A stretch of 63,527 bases of DNA, counting the filler, from Theionarchaea archaeon (GTDB lineage Archaea > Methanobacteriota_B > Thermococci > Methanofastidiosales > SZ-28-30): assembly GCA_018992565.1 (NCBI GenBank). It is 5 parts of 5 records of this genome, joined end to end, with 100 filler letters (N's around TTAATTAATTAA, not from the genome) between each part and the next. Parts side by side here need not be neighbours in the genome. Positions count along the whole stretch, not along the records: positions 1 to 24,759 come from JACVGW010000037.1; 4 more parts are not named here. One strand, given 5' to 3'. Under the pieces are notes generated by a model that was not told where the DNA came from, searched no databases, and saw only the letters and a program-made list of their open reading frames with translations. Made by a program: the position numbers and the translations under genes. Each line of letters starts with the position of its first letter. Within the stretch, counting starts at the first letter, position 1. This document shows, piece by piece, positions 10,389 to 19,389 of this stretch.

Positions 10389-10593
10389 GATGTTTATAGT
10401 TTGGAGGGCTCTTTGTCAGTCTCCTTACATTTAATCCGAGAAGCACATTCTGATGGAAAAGATGATCAAGTTCTTTGACTATTCATGTTGTTTCTTTGAT
10501 ATTTTTACCGAAAAATGAGAGGGAGTCTTTAAGCTCTGGCACTGGACTGCAGGGTAGTCTCCTCTCCTGCCCTTCCTCCTGGATACTGGTGTC

Positions 10594-11085
10594 ATGACTT
10601 TCGCACAATTCACTGCCCCATCATCTCATGTCCCCAATTCTTTTAAACATCCATTTCCCAGGTGTCCTGTGAACTACACCATGGTGAAAACAGAATCAGG
10701 CTACAGGATATTCCAGGACAGGATTCCCCTCCTGGATGGAATGCAACTCAGGTTCCTTTATGATGTGCAACACCATCAGGTTTTCGACACGAATTCGCTT
10801 TTCGCTTATTTTGGGTCACTTGAACCCTTTGAGCAGCTGACCGCCCTGGGACTTATAACCCTGCGACCTCATCGGGTGCCTTCACGTGGTGAGAAAGTGC
10901 TGATCCAGTGGAAAGGTACCCTCTTCTATGCAATTCAGGCTTCTGTATTCAGACCGGAAGTGACGGAGAAGGGTATCTGCCTCCTTCGTGACGTGAAGAG
11001 GAGTGATACCTTCTCAGCATGTATGGAGGACATGGATCAGAAAATCGCGGAGAGACTGTTGGGCCAGAGGATTGAGCATGACTAA
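10594..11085 (+). CDS. Hypothetical protein
   Basis: 163-aa ORF overlapping the next ORF by 8 nt; start uncertain (alternative ATG at 10681). Confidence 0.55.
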   Translation: MTFAQFTAPSSHVPNSFKHPFPRCPVNYTMVKTESGYRIFQDRIPLLDGMQLRFLYDVQHHQVFDTNSLFAYFGSLEPFEQLTALGLITLRPHRVPSRGEKVLIQWKGTLFYAIQASVFRPEVTEKGICLLRDVKRSDTFSACMEDMDQKIAERLLGQRIEHD

Positions 11086-11716
11086 GAAGCCCCTCTACTA
11101 CGTGACTAAAGAAAAGAGGATTTACCACATAGGGTTCCAGAGCTCCACCAGAAATGACTTGTCAGAATCGCCCCTCTCACACTCTTTCAAGGGGTTCACA
11201 GAAGATTCCGTGCGCAAGGAGACTGGTACTGCAGTGTATGCTTTTTGCTGCTCTCTCCCCGAGGATGTGGTGAATCTTTGGTTTTCACAGATTGTGAGAG
11301 AGCGTTCTGATATTCACAGTACAAGAAATGTAGCAAGAGCAGAAAATGATGTAAAAGAATCAAAAGTAGCAAATCTAAAGAAAGTAGGAAAGCATGAGAA
11401 TCTGGATCCCTGTGAAATTCACAGAGTTCCCAGAAAGAAGGTACGCAGTGTAGAGGAACTCCGCTGGAAAGTCCCGTCTTCTCCCCCTTCTGATATGTCC
11501 CTCACTGTCAGGAGGAGAAAGAAGAAGGATATTACTGCTCTCACCGAGGAAATCAAAGCTCAGAGACTGTGGGACCCATTTGTTCCCACGTGTAGCGAAT
11601 GCGCCTTTTGGGAGAAGCACATCCTTCCTTACAGCCAGGTGTCTACAGGTCAGTGCAGAATTACGGGAAACCTGGTCGAGGGCGAGAGGAAAGCTTGCTC
11701 TGAGTTCCAGAAGTAG
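11078..11716 (+). CDS. Hypothetical protein with C-terminal Cys4 (putative Zn-binding) motif
   Basis: ATG at 11078 after GAGGA; C-terminal CSECAFW...GQCRIT...ACSEF. Confidence 0.55.
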   Translation: MTKKPLYYVTKEKRIYHIGFQSSTRNDLSESPLSHSFKGFTEDSVRKETGTAVYAFCCSLPEDVVNLWFSQIVRERSDIHSTRNVARAENDVKESKVANLKKVGKHENLDPCEIHRVPRKKVRSVEELRWKVPSSPPSDMSLTVRRRKKKDITALTEEIKAQRLWDPFVPTCSECAFWEKHILPYSQVSTGQCRITGNLVEGERKACSEFQK

Positions 11717-11799
11717 GAATATTCGACCCCCATAAGTGCGGGGGCTCAGGAACTTCCACAGGTACGAACCTTTAAAAATTCAGAGTCCATGGGGAAGGT

Positions 11800-12981
11800 A
11801 TGGACGCACGACTGTGGAAAGCAACCACCATCATTGCGTTTTCTGCCCTTCTGTTGGCAGGATTTTATGTTACCTACTCTTTTCTGGACATCATTCTAGT
11901 AGCAGTGATAATATCTTATATGGTTCGGCCAGCCAAAGAGAAATTGCCCTTCAAAAATGAAACACTTTCTACATTGCTGGCTGAAGTAGCTGTCCTGATC
12001 CCATTATTCCTCTTTTTGGCCTTTACTTTCTTTTCTCTCGTGAATGCTCTGGTAACACAGCATGCATTACGAACTGTCCTTCAGGATATCGGTACCATAG
12101 AAGAGACTATTAGCAGAGTCATGGGTAATCTTCTGCAGTTTCTGGGAATCGGGGAGACCCAGATTGCTGCAGCCTCTCTGGAGATGCTCACCTCTCGAAT
12201 TGAAGTCATCACCCAGGAAATAACAGAGACTATTATAACCTGGGCATTCAAACTCCCAAGTGTTTTGATCAATTTATTCCTGGCAACTTTCCTCTCTTTC
12301 TACTTCGTACGCGATGGGAAAAACCTGAAAGATGCTTTGATTGGAATAGCTCCTGACAGTCAAAGGGAAAAGGTTGAGAGAGTAATTACAGCCTGTGATG
12401 CAGTAATCTATGGTATTGTAGTGGGGTATCTTTCCAAGGCGATCATAACGGCATTTCTCTCCATTATTGTGTTCTACTTTTTAGGTATTGGAAACCCGTT
12501 TGTTATGGGGGTGGTGCTTGCTGTCTTTGACTTTATACCGCTCATCGGGCCGTGGACTGTCTTTTTAGGTCTGTTCTTGTGGTATGCTCTCCAGGGGCAG
12601 GTAGGCTATGCCATTCAGGTGGCAGGAATCTGTTATCTCACTATCTCTTTGATACCTGAATTATACATTCGTCCAAAGGTGTCTGGAACAATTTCCCAGG
12701 TTCATCCTATCGTGATGCTGGTAGGAATCCTGGGTGGCCTCATCTCCCTGGGAGCTATTGGGGTTCTGGCAGGCCCCCTTATTCTTGGGATGATTGTGGT
12801 GATTATCAAGAGCTACTTTCTGGACATGCGTATCGAGAGAGAGGACATTATTGGCAGGACACTGGTAGGTGTTAGAGCTAGGATGGAGAGAGTGAATCCC
12901 TGGCGGGGTAGAAAAAAGCCATCTGAATTCCAGGAAGAACATCCTGAGGACAGGCAGCCCCCTGGGAGGGAAAAGCTGTGA
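11800..12981 (+). CDS. AI-2E family (PerM/UPF0118) transporter
   Basis: Multiple TMs, FYFVRDG, FIPLIGP, YIRPKV...VHP...GILGG...GVLAGP. Confidence 0.9.
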   Translation: MDARLWKATTIIAFSALLLAGFYVTYSFLDIILVAVIISYMVRPAKEKLPFKNETLSTLLAEVAVLIPLFLFLAFTFFSLVNALVTQHALRTVLQDIGTIEETISRVMGNLLQFLGIGETQIAAASLEMLTSRIEVITQEITETIITWAFKLPSVLINLFLATFLSFYFVRDGKNLKDALIGIAPDSQREKVERVITACDAVIYGIVVGYLSKAIITAFLSIIVFYFLGIGNPFVMGVVLAVFDFIPLIGPWTVFLGLFLWYALQGQVGYAIQVAGICYLTISLIPELYIRPKVSGTISQVHPIVMLVGILGGLISLGAIGVLAGPLILGMIVVIIKSYFLDMRIEREDIIGRTLVGVRARMERVNPWRGRKKPSEFQEEHPEDRQPPGREKL

Positions 12982-13991
12982 GCAGGTGGAAATCACTTAT
13001 TCTCCTTCTTGCAGGAATAGGTATTATTGCGCTTATTATTCATCTGGCGGGAATGGAGAGCGTATTCCATTTGTTGATAGAGGCTGATTTCAGGTTCGTG
13101 GCAGCGGCTGTGGCATGCCAGATCACAGCATTGATTCTGTGGTCCTGGCGGTGGAAGATTCTGTTACAGCCCTTTCATGTGGCCCCCCTGCGAAGGTGCC
13201 TTACAGGAATTCTCATCGGCATCTTTTTCAACAACATCACACCGATTGCCAAGGCAGGAGGTGAACCTTTCAGAGCGTACTACCTGGGAGAAAGAGAGGG
13301 AGTGCGGTTTGAAGATACGTTTGCCACAGTTGCTATGGACCGGATCATGGAAAGTCTCCCCTTTCTCGTTATCTTCATTGTTTCTGTGGTGTATTTCCTT
13401 CTGCATTTTGAGACCAGCAGTGAAATGATGGTTATCGTGCTGGTTGCTCTCTTTCTCAACATGCTCCTGCTGGTGGGGGTGCTGTACTTCTCATACAATC
13501 TGGGAGCGGCTAAGAGGTTGGTCTTTTCATTTTTTGGGCTGGTGGGCCGCTTTACAAACAGGGTGGAAAAATATGAGAGCGCCGTAGAAGAAGCAGTGGA
13601 GCAGTATCATGAAGCCATCAAAATGCTGGTTTCGCATCGGAGGAACCTCATTGATTCTCTGTGTATTTCATCAGTATTCTGGCTCTTGCTGATCACCAGG
13701 AATTATCTTGTAGTCCTCGCTCTTGGATACCAGATAGAGTTTTCGATTATTGTGATAGTCCAGACAGTGGGCACGTTTGTAGGCATTGTTCCAGTATTGC
13801 CGGGAGGTCTGGGCTCCACTGACGGAATTATAATATTCCTCTATCTTTCTTTCGGGTTTCCCACTGCAGCAGCAGTGAGTGCCTCTCTGCTGGATCGATT
13901 CATAAGTTACTGGATGGTGACCACACTGGGGGCGCTAGTTGTGGCCATTGAGAGGACTCTGCTGAAAGGGCAGGATTCCCCTCCGCAGTGA
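12978..13991 (+). CDS. Lysylphosphatidylglycerol synthase TM region / UPF0104 flippase-like membrane protein
   Basis: RWKILL, FFNNITPIAKAGGEPFRAYYL, DR, PGGLGSTD, LLDRFISYW; GTG start overlapping the upstream stop. Confidence 0.88.
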   Translation: MSRWKSLILLLAGIGIIALIIHLAGMESVFHLLIEADFRFVAAAVACQITALILWSWRWKILLQPFHVAPLRRCLTGILIGIFFNNITPIAKAGGEPFRAYYLGEREGVRFEDTFATVAMDRIMESLPFLVIFIVSVVYFLLHFETSSEMMVIVLVALFLNMLLLVGVLYFSYNLGAAKRLVFSFFGLVGRFTNRVEKYESAVEEAVEQYHEAIKMLVSHRRNLIDSLCISSVFWLLLITRNYLVVLALGYQIEFSIIVIVQTVGTFVGIVPVLPGGLGSTDGIIIFLYLSFGFPTAAAVSASLLDRFISYWMVTTLGALVVAIERTLLKGQDSPPQ

Positions 13992-14296
13992 TCACCGGTG
14001 TACAATGATGCTGGTCCTTTCTGTTGAAAGGGTAAGTGTCATTCTATGTGAATGATCATCATACCCAGTCCCACACATCGGCTGTCCCCCCATACGGGAA
14101 GGTGATTTCCTTTTCCTCTCTCATGTGAAGTGAAGGGTGAAGTGCCTTTTTCAGGCTTTAATAGCTGAAGAATGGGGATGTTCACGCCCTCCCTTTCTGT
14201 GTAGTCCTGAAAAATGAAAGGCAATCAAAGTCCAGAAAGATTTATAAGTGATGAGATAAAAGCGATACACATCTCAGGTTAACATTTGGTGATTAT

Positions 14297-14590
14297 ATGG
14301 AACGGTCAAAAGGCATCAGAAGCAGAACCAGATACAAGTTGAAGAAGAAGTCTAGGGAGCGAGGGCTACCTTCCCTGTCCCGTATTCTCCAGGAATTTGA
14401 GTGTGGGCAGTATGTGCACATTGATATTGAGCCCTCTATTCACAAAGGGATGCCTCACCCTCGATTTCAGGGGAGGACCGCTGTGGTCAAAGAGAAACGG
14501 GGCAGTTCATATGTTCTGGACATACGAGAAGGCTCAAAACACAAATTGGTAATCGCGCGACCCGAACATCTGCGGCCTCAGGAGGGATAG
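14297..14590 (+). CDS. rpl21e: 50S ribosomal protein L21e (eL21)
   Basis: SKGIRSRTR, SIHKGMPHPRFQGRT, RPEHL; TATA at 14241-14248 and SD GGTGAT. Confidence 0.97.
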   Translation: MERSKGIRSRTRYKLKKKSRERGLPSLSRILQEFECGQYVHIDIEPSIHKGMPHPRFQGRTAVVKEKRGSSYVLDIREGSKHKLVIARPEHLRPQEG

Positions 14591-14592
14591 AG

Positions 14593-14931
14593 TTGGATGG
14601 GAAGCAAGTTGAAGAGTCCGAACCTGTTACATTGTCTGAGGTCAAGGCTATCCTTTCCTCTCGCAGAGAAGATGGTGAGCTTCTGTATGAGCAGAGTATT
14701 GCTCTAGACCATGCTAACAAGTTTGCACGCCTAGAACTTGGAAAGGCCGAGAACCTCGTTGAAAAGCTAGTGGAAGTTGGAGTTCGAAAGGATATGGCAT
14801 GTAAACTTGCAGATCTTCTTCCTCAGAACAAAGAAGAGCTACAGATGCTCTTTCCTAAAGAACGGTTTGTCTCAGATGAATCCCTGATGGAGAAAATCGT
14901 GTCAACTATTCAGGAATATGGAGAGAGCTAG
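14593..14931 (+). CDS. rpoF: DNA-directed RNA polymerase subunit F (Rpo4)
   Basis: VTLSEVKAIL, ELLYEQSIALDHANKFARL, KLADLLP; conserved position after rpl21e; TTG start. Confidence 0.92.
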   Translation: MDGKQVEESEPVTLSEVKAILSSRREDGELLYEQSIALDHANKFARLELGKAENLVEKLVEVGVRKDMACKLADLLPQNKEELQMLFPKERFVSDESLMEKIVSTIQEYGES

Positions 14932-15474
14932 ATGCAAAAAACATATGAAGACTATGCTGTTGTTCTTGATTTTTTGCCTCAGGGATATCCCACAGAAAAA
15001 GGGTTCAAGAGAACCCCCATAGTGCAGCTCCTGGGGGAAACCCACTTTTCTCTCCTTGAAGCAATTCCTAGGGGCCATCTTGCATCACACGAACGGGTCT
15101 TCATAGGAAAGGGAAACCGCAAGAAAATTAACCATATCAAGAGGCGACTCAGTTATGACGATCTCACAAGTTCTGCCAAGGTGGAGTTGCCGTATGTTGT
15201 AGAAGAGGTTGCAGAGCGTTGTGAGCAGCAGTTCGTGGACTTCTTCAATACGTCCCGCGCTATTACCATACGATACCACCAGCTGGAACTCTTAAGCGGA
15301 GTGGGGAAAAAACTCATGAATGAGCTCTTAACGCAGCGCAGGAGAGAGAAGTTCAAGAATTTTGAAGACATTAAGCAGAGAATTCCTTCTGTACCTGATC
15401 CCAAAAAGATGATTGCAAAAAGAATTGTAACTGAAATAAAAGGGGAAGATAAGTACCATATCTTTGTTTTCTAG
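14932..15474 (+). CDS. DUF655 family putative RNA-binding protein
   Basis: EDYAVVLDFLPQG, FSLLE, FVDFFN...ITIRYHQLELLSGVGKK; conserved rpl21e-rpoF-DUF655 order. Confidence 0.92.
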   Translation: MQKTYEDYAVVLDFLPQGYPTEKGFKRTPIVQLLGETHFSLLEAIPRGHLASHERVFIGKGNRKKINHIKRRLSYDDLTSSAKVELPYVVEEVAERCEQQFVDFFNTSRAITIRYHQLELLSGVGKKLMNELLTQRRREKFKNFEDIKQRIPSVPDPKKMIAKRIVTEIKGEDKYHIFVF

Positions 15475-15544
15475 GTGGAGATTGTTCATCTCATCTGAGT
15501 TTTAACAACGAAGAGTTTTTATGTTCTTCTCCCAAGTGAGAGCG

Positions 15545-16141
15545 ATGAGTGCCGGATTCTATCCCATGGGTTCAATATTCTTCTTCTATATTTTCTTCAT
15601 AGCCATGGTCATAGTCATGCTCTATGGGTTGTGGGAGCTCCAACAGAGAAGTCTTGAACAAATGCCCAACCCATTGTCTGCAGCTTTCCTTGGAATTCCG
15701 GAGACTATCAACCTCTTTGATGAGGTGCAGGCCGTGCTACGTGTGACAAATGTGGGAAAGACTCGACTGAGGAATGTCAGGGTGATATGCGGTTCAGTAT
15801 GGACTCTTTCTCTGGAGCCTGATGCCCACACAGATATCCCTTTCAAGCTGGATACATTGCGTGCAGGAAATCATTCCATCAGTGCCAGAGTATGTTACAA
15901 GCAGTTGGAAGTGACTATTCTGTGTTTCTACCACGTTTTTCTCAGGAAACTCACTCAGAAGGAAAAATACCTGAAGATCCTGGGATTGAAAGCAGGTGCA
16001 TCACGGAAAGACATACGGAGGGCAAGAAACAGGCTGGCTAAGAAATATCATCCAGACAAGGAGATGGGAAATGTGGAGAAAATGAAGGAGATCAATGAAG
16101 CATATCGGCAGCTCATTAATGATTCAGAACCAGACACATGA
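15545..16141 (+). CDS. Membrane-anchored protein with CARDB/Ig-like region and C-terminal DnaJ (J) domain
   Basis: N-terminal TM; VTNVG...NVRV beta-sandwich pattern; LKILGL...LAKKYHPDK...MKEINEAY; start 15545 or 15521. Confidence 0.8.
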   Translation: MSAGFYPMGSIFFFYIFFIAMVIVMLYGLWELQQRSLEQMPNPLSAAFLGIPETINLFDEVQAVLRVTNVGKTRLRNVRVICGSVWTLSLEPDAHTDIPFKLDTLRAGNHSISARVCYKQLEVTILCFYHVFLRKLTQKEKYLKILGLKAGASRKDIRRARNRLAKKYHPDKEMGNVEKMKEINEAYRQLINDSEPDT

Positions 16142-16206
16142 GGGTTCATTTTCCCTGGGTTCAGACTGGATAGTACTTTTATCTCTATCAGGGTTTGGTC
16201 TCACGT

Positions 16207-16938
16207 TCAGTACTGCTCTCCATGGTAATAGATGACGATTCCGTCCTGCTGGATTTCGAAGGGCAGCTTTCGCATGGTATGCTTTGTCCCCCGCATTTTG
16301 CGCACGCGCAGTGTTCGCTTCAAATCGTGACCTTTCTCTTCGAGATCCATGATAATGACACCCCGACACACGAATTCCTCCACTCCATACCGGGAAATCA
16401 TGTTGGGACGTACGCTTTCAGTGGTCAGCAGAGATGTCACTCCAATTTCAAGAAGCAGGGAGCTCAGCCGGTAAATAATGCCTCTGATCTGGCCTGTGTC
16501 AGTGACACGCAGTTCAAGAGAAGGAAGAGAATCAATAACCAGCCGTGTCGCTTGAATTCTCTTGGTGGCTCTGTAGATTTCAGTTACGAGAGAATCTATG
16601 TCAAACCCTTTGGGCATTGTGTACTTTTCCCTGGTATGTAACCCGGACCGAGTTGAGGCAGCATCAATGATGACCAGTCGTTCTTCGTCTTCAAACTTCT
16701 TGAAATCCCATCCCAGAGAAAGCATTTCGTTCCTCAGGTCTTCAGGTCGCTCTTCCAGTGTCACGTAGATACCTTTCTCATTGTAATCCCGCAGACCACG
16801 ATAAAGGAATTGGGCGCAGAATATGGTCTTTCCCGTACCAGACGCTCCCGTAACCAGGATGTTCGTTCCGGCGGGATACCCTCCGCCCATGACTTCGTCC
16901 AATCCCTCAATACCTGTCTTCACCCGTTTCATTGACAT
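16207..16938 (-). CDS. KaiC-like / RAD55 family RecA-superfamily ATPase (single domain)
   Basis: RVKTGIEGLD, GASGTGKT, YVTLEE, RLVIDS, RTLRVRKMRGTKH. Confidence 0.92.
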   Translation of the reverse strand: MSMKRVKTGIEGLDEVMGGGYPAGTNILVTGASGTGKTIFCAQFLYRGLRDYNEKGIYVTLEERPEDLRNEMLSLGWDFKKFEDEERLVIIDAASTRSGLHTREKYTMPKGFDIDSLVTEIYRATKRIQATRLVIDSLPSLELRVTDTGQIRGIIYRLSSLLLEIGVTSLLTTESVRPNMISRYGVEEFVCRGVIIMDLEEKGHDLKRTLRVRKMRGTKHTMRKLPFEIQQDGIVIYYHGEQY

Positions 16939-17034
16939 GATTTTCCCTCTTACTTATATATACTTTTCGCTTTTTTTCCAACTGCTCTTGGAAATCTTAC
17001 AAACATTTATATATAAGCGTATCCAAATAACTAT

Positions 17035-17499
17035 ATGGACCAGCTTGATCGAGAGATCCTAAGGGAGCTGTTGCAGGATTCGCGAAAGCCGACCTCAGAG
17101 ATTTCAAGAGTACTGAACAAACCCAATTCCACCATAGACTTCAGAATTAAGAAAATGATGGAAAAAAATATCATAAAGGGGTTTACTGTCATAACTGATC
17201 AATCTGCTCTTTCCAAAACTTTTGCACAGGTGATTATAGACGTCGAGAAACCGTTCTTCAAGGACAGGTACCGAGAGGTCATAGAAGATGTAGCTCACCG
17301 GCTGGCCGAACACACTGAAATCTGTGTGGTTGCCGCCATTCGGGAGGGAAGGCTGTTCTGCATTGTGGCCTGCGCAGATGCTTTGGAGCTGAATGAATTC
17401 ATTAATGAGAAAATCAAGATGACTCCTTTTGTTCGCTCGTGTGAGACAGAAGTCTTTCTTGACGTTTACAAGAACAATGTATGGGTGGAGGACTTGTAA
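17035..17499 (+). CDS. Lrp/AsnC family transcriptional regulator
   Basis: MDQLDREILRELLQDSRKP HTH...RIKKMMEKNIIKGF; TATA TTTATATA at 17006-17013. Confidence 0.9.
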   Translation: MDQLDREILRELLQDSRKPTSEISRVLNKPNSTIDFRIKKMMEKNIIKGFTVITDQSALSKTFAQVIIDVEKPFFKDRYREVIEDVAHRLAEHTEICVVAAIREGRLFCIVACADALELNEFINEKIKMTPFVRSCETEVFLDVYKNNVWVEDL

Positions 17500-17506
17500 T
17501 ACTGGA

Positions 17507-19258
17507 TTAGTATCGGATTCCAATCCAGTATTCACCTATGGCGAAGTATGTGTCGACGGACGGCAGGATTTCTCTGTTGCGATACACAAAGATTGCGGGT
17601 TTCTCCTCGTGCCTGGCCACTTCAATGACCCGTTGCATTTCTATGCTGCCAACTTCAAACCACATGCCGTTGTCCACCCGACGTCCAGTGAGAACCACAA
17701 TGCGGTCAGCTAGAGAGGGTTCATCTACATGGATAATTTGGTCTGGACCAGTATTCTGTTCTATGAATGCTTTCAAGGCCAGGTCATTTTCACGTGGTCC
17801 AAAATCCAGAAAATGAAGTCCCACTGCGCCATCAAGGGCAGTAATACTGGGCAATACAGGTGAACCTCCTCCTGGTACACCAATGGCGATCAATGGCATG
17901 GGAACCAACCCTAGAAGGAGAAGCAGGGCTACTCTCTTCCGGGACGTAATCCACTTCTCGAGGTACAGAGCGATGAGGATCGCCCAGAAGGGTGCAGTAT
18001 GAAACCAGTATCGTCCACCATAGAAAATGAGAGCAGGGAGAAATCCAATGAGTATGTACTTTATCAGGTCTCGATTGATCCCTGAGGACCGTCTCAATCC
18101 TTTGATACCAAAATACAGGAACATAGGGTTGAAAATCTGCAGCGACAACATGCCTATAACCAATCCAAGGACAGGGTTTCCCACAACTGTGGCAAAACTC
18201 CTCAGAAAATCCCTGAACAGCAGAACTCTCAAAGCCCACGGCAAATAGAAAATGAGGGAAAGTACTACAAATTTCCGGTAGAAGGAGAAATACGTTCTGT
18301 ACTTGTAAGAGAGTACCAACAGACACACCAGGACCAGAAACGGGAAAGAAAGATGGGAATATAAGCATAAAACCATAAAAAAAACTGACCAGCCAAGCCG
18401 CTTTGAGAGAAAAGCCAGAAGCAGCAGAGGGAAAAACAAGTTCACCAGGGAACTGGGCATGACTCCGATGAATATGAGTAGGAACGTGGCGTCCATGGAG
18501 AGGATAATGAGGGCGATAAACGCTATTTTTGAGGAGAAGAGAAGGCGGGCAAAATACCAGGACGTGAGTAACGCTGCAGGGTACAGGACGATCTGCAGCA
18601 CTTTTGCCCCTTCAATGACGTGATCAGCATCTGCGCTGAAGAAGGCAATCAAGATATGGAGCAGGGGAGGATACAGGTGTGGTCTGCCCACAGGCTGGAA
18701 TTCCCAGGTGTCCCACAGGGGAATCTCCTTCAGCTCAATGAACTTTCTGGCCACTGCCATGTGATACCACCCATCATCTCCCAGAGGCTGAAACTTGTCA
18801 GCATTAACCAGGAAACTCAGGAAAATAAATAAAATGATGAGAAGAGCCAGGAGGTCCAGTTTTTCCATGGTGAAGCGCAGTCGTGGTCGGGAGAATACCT
18901 CACCGTCTTTTGAGATGACAATGGCATCTTTCCAGGCAATTGGCTTCTCTTCCTTCTCGCCAATCCGGAACCGAGTGTATATCACCTTCACCAGACGAGC
19001 CACAGGAAGCAAGAGGAGGAAAATCCACAGCCTGGTAATGAGCACAATGGAGAAAAAGAGGAGAATATTCGCCAGAATCAGCAGGATCACTCTCACCAAC
19101 CGAGAGCGTACCTCTTTTCTATACAGATACAGAGCCAGTGGTGCGGTGAACAGGGTGGACAGATAGAACCCAGGCCTGTGCCATCCTTGGGTGGCAATCT
19201 TGATACATGCTTGCTCGAAATAGTGAAAACCCCGGGGAAGCCAGGTGAGAGGATTCAT
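17507..19258 (-). CDS. Multi-pass membrane protein, probable GT-C-fold glycosyltransferase
   Basis: About 13 TMs; GDDGWYH followed by GRPHLYPPLLH in the first large loop, typical of STT3/PMT-like GT-C enzymes. Confidence 0.65.
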   Translation of the reverse strand: MNPLTWLPRGFHYFEQACIKIATQGWHRPGFYLSTLFTAPLALYLYRKEVRSRLVRVILLILANILLFFSIVLITRLWIFLLLLPVARLVKVIYTRFRIGEKEEKPIAWKDAIVISKDGEVFSRPRLRFTMEKLDLLALLIILFIFLSFLVNADKFQPLGDDGWYHMAVARKFIELKEIPLWDTWEFQPVGRPHLYPPLLHILIAFFSADADHVIEGAKVLQIVLYPAALLTSWYFARLLFSSKIAFIALIILSMDATFLLIFIGVMPSSLVNLFFPLLLLAFLSKRLGWSVFFMVLCLYSHLSFPFLVLVCLLVLSYKYRTYFSFYRKFVVLSLIFYLPWALRVLLFRDFLRSFATVVGNPVLGLVIGMLSLQIFNPMFLYFGIKGLRRSSGINRDLIKYILIGFLPALIFYGGRYWFHTAPFWAILIALYLEKWITSRKRVALLLLLGLVPMPLIAIGVPGGGSPVLPSITALDGAVGLHFLDFGPRENDLALKAFIEQNTGPDQIIHVDEPSLADRIVVLTGRRVDNGMWFEVGSIEMQRVIEVARHEEKPAIFVYRNREILPSVDTYFAIGEYWIGIRY

Positions 19259-19389
19259 CTCTCCCGCTTCCTGTAAATCTATAAAAAGTTAATGGTTTGA
19301 CACAGGGATTTCTTCAGCGGCTCTGATGACAATACTTATATGGCTCCTTCCCTAACCAACACATTAATCTCATAAAAGGTGTAGCACAT

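Noticed and set aside
13992..14240. Long intergenic region before rpl21e as an ncRNA or 61-aa ORF
   Set aside because: No recognisable RNA fold, box motifs or coding signals.
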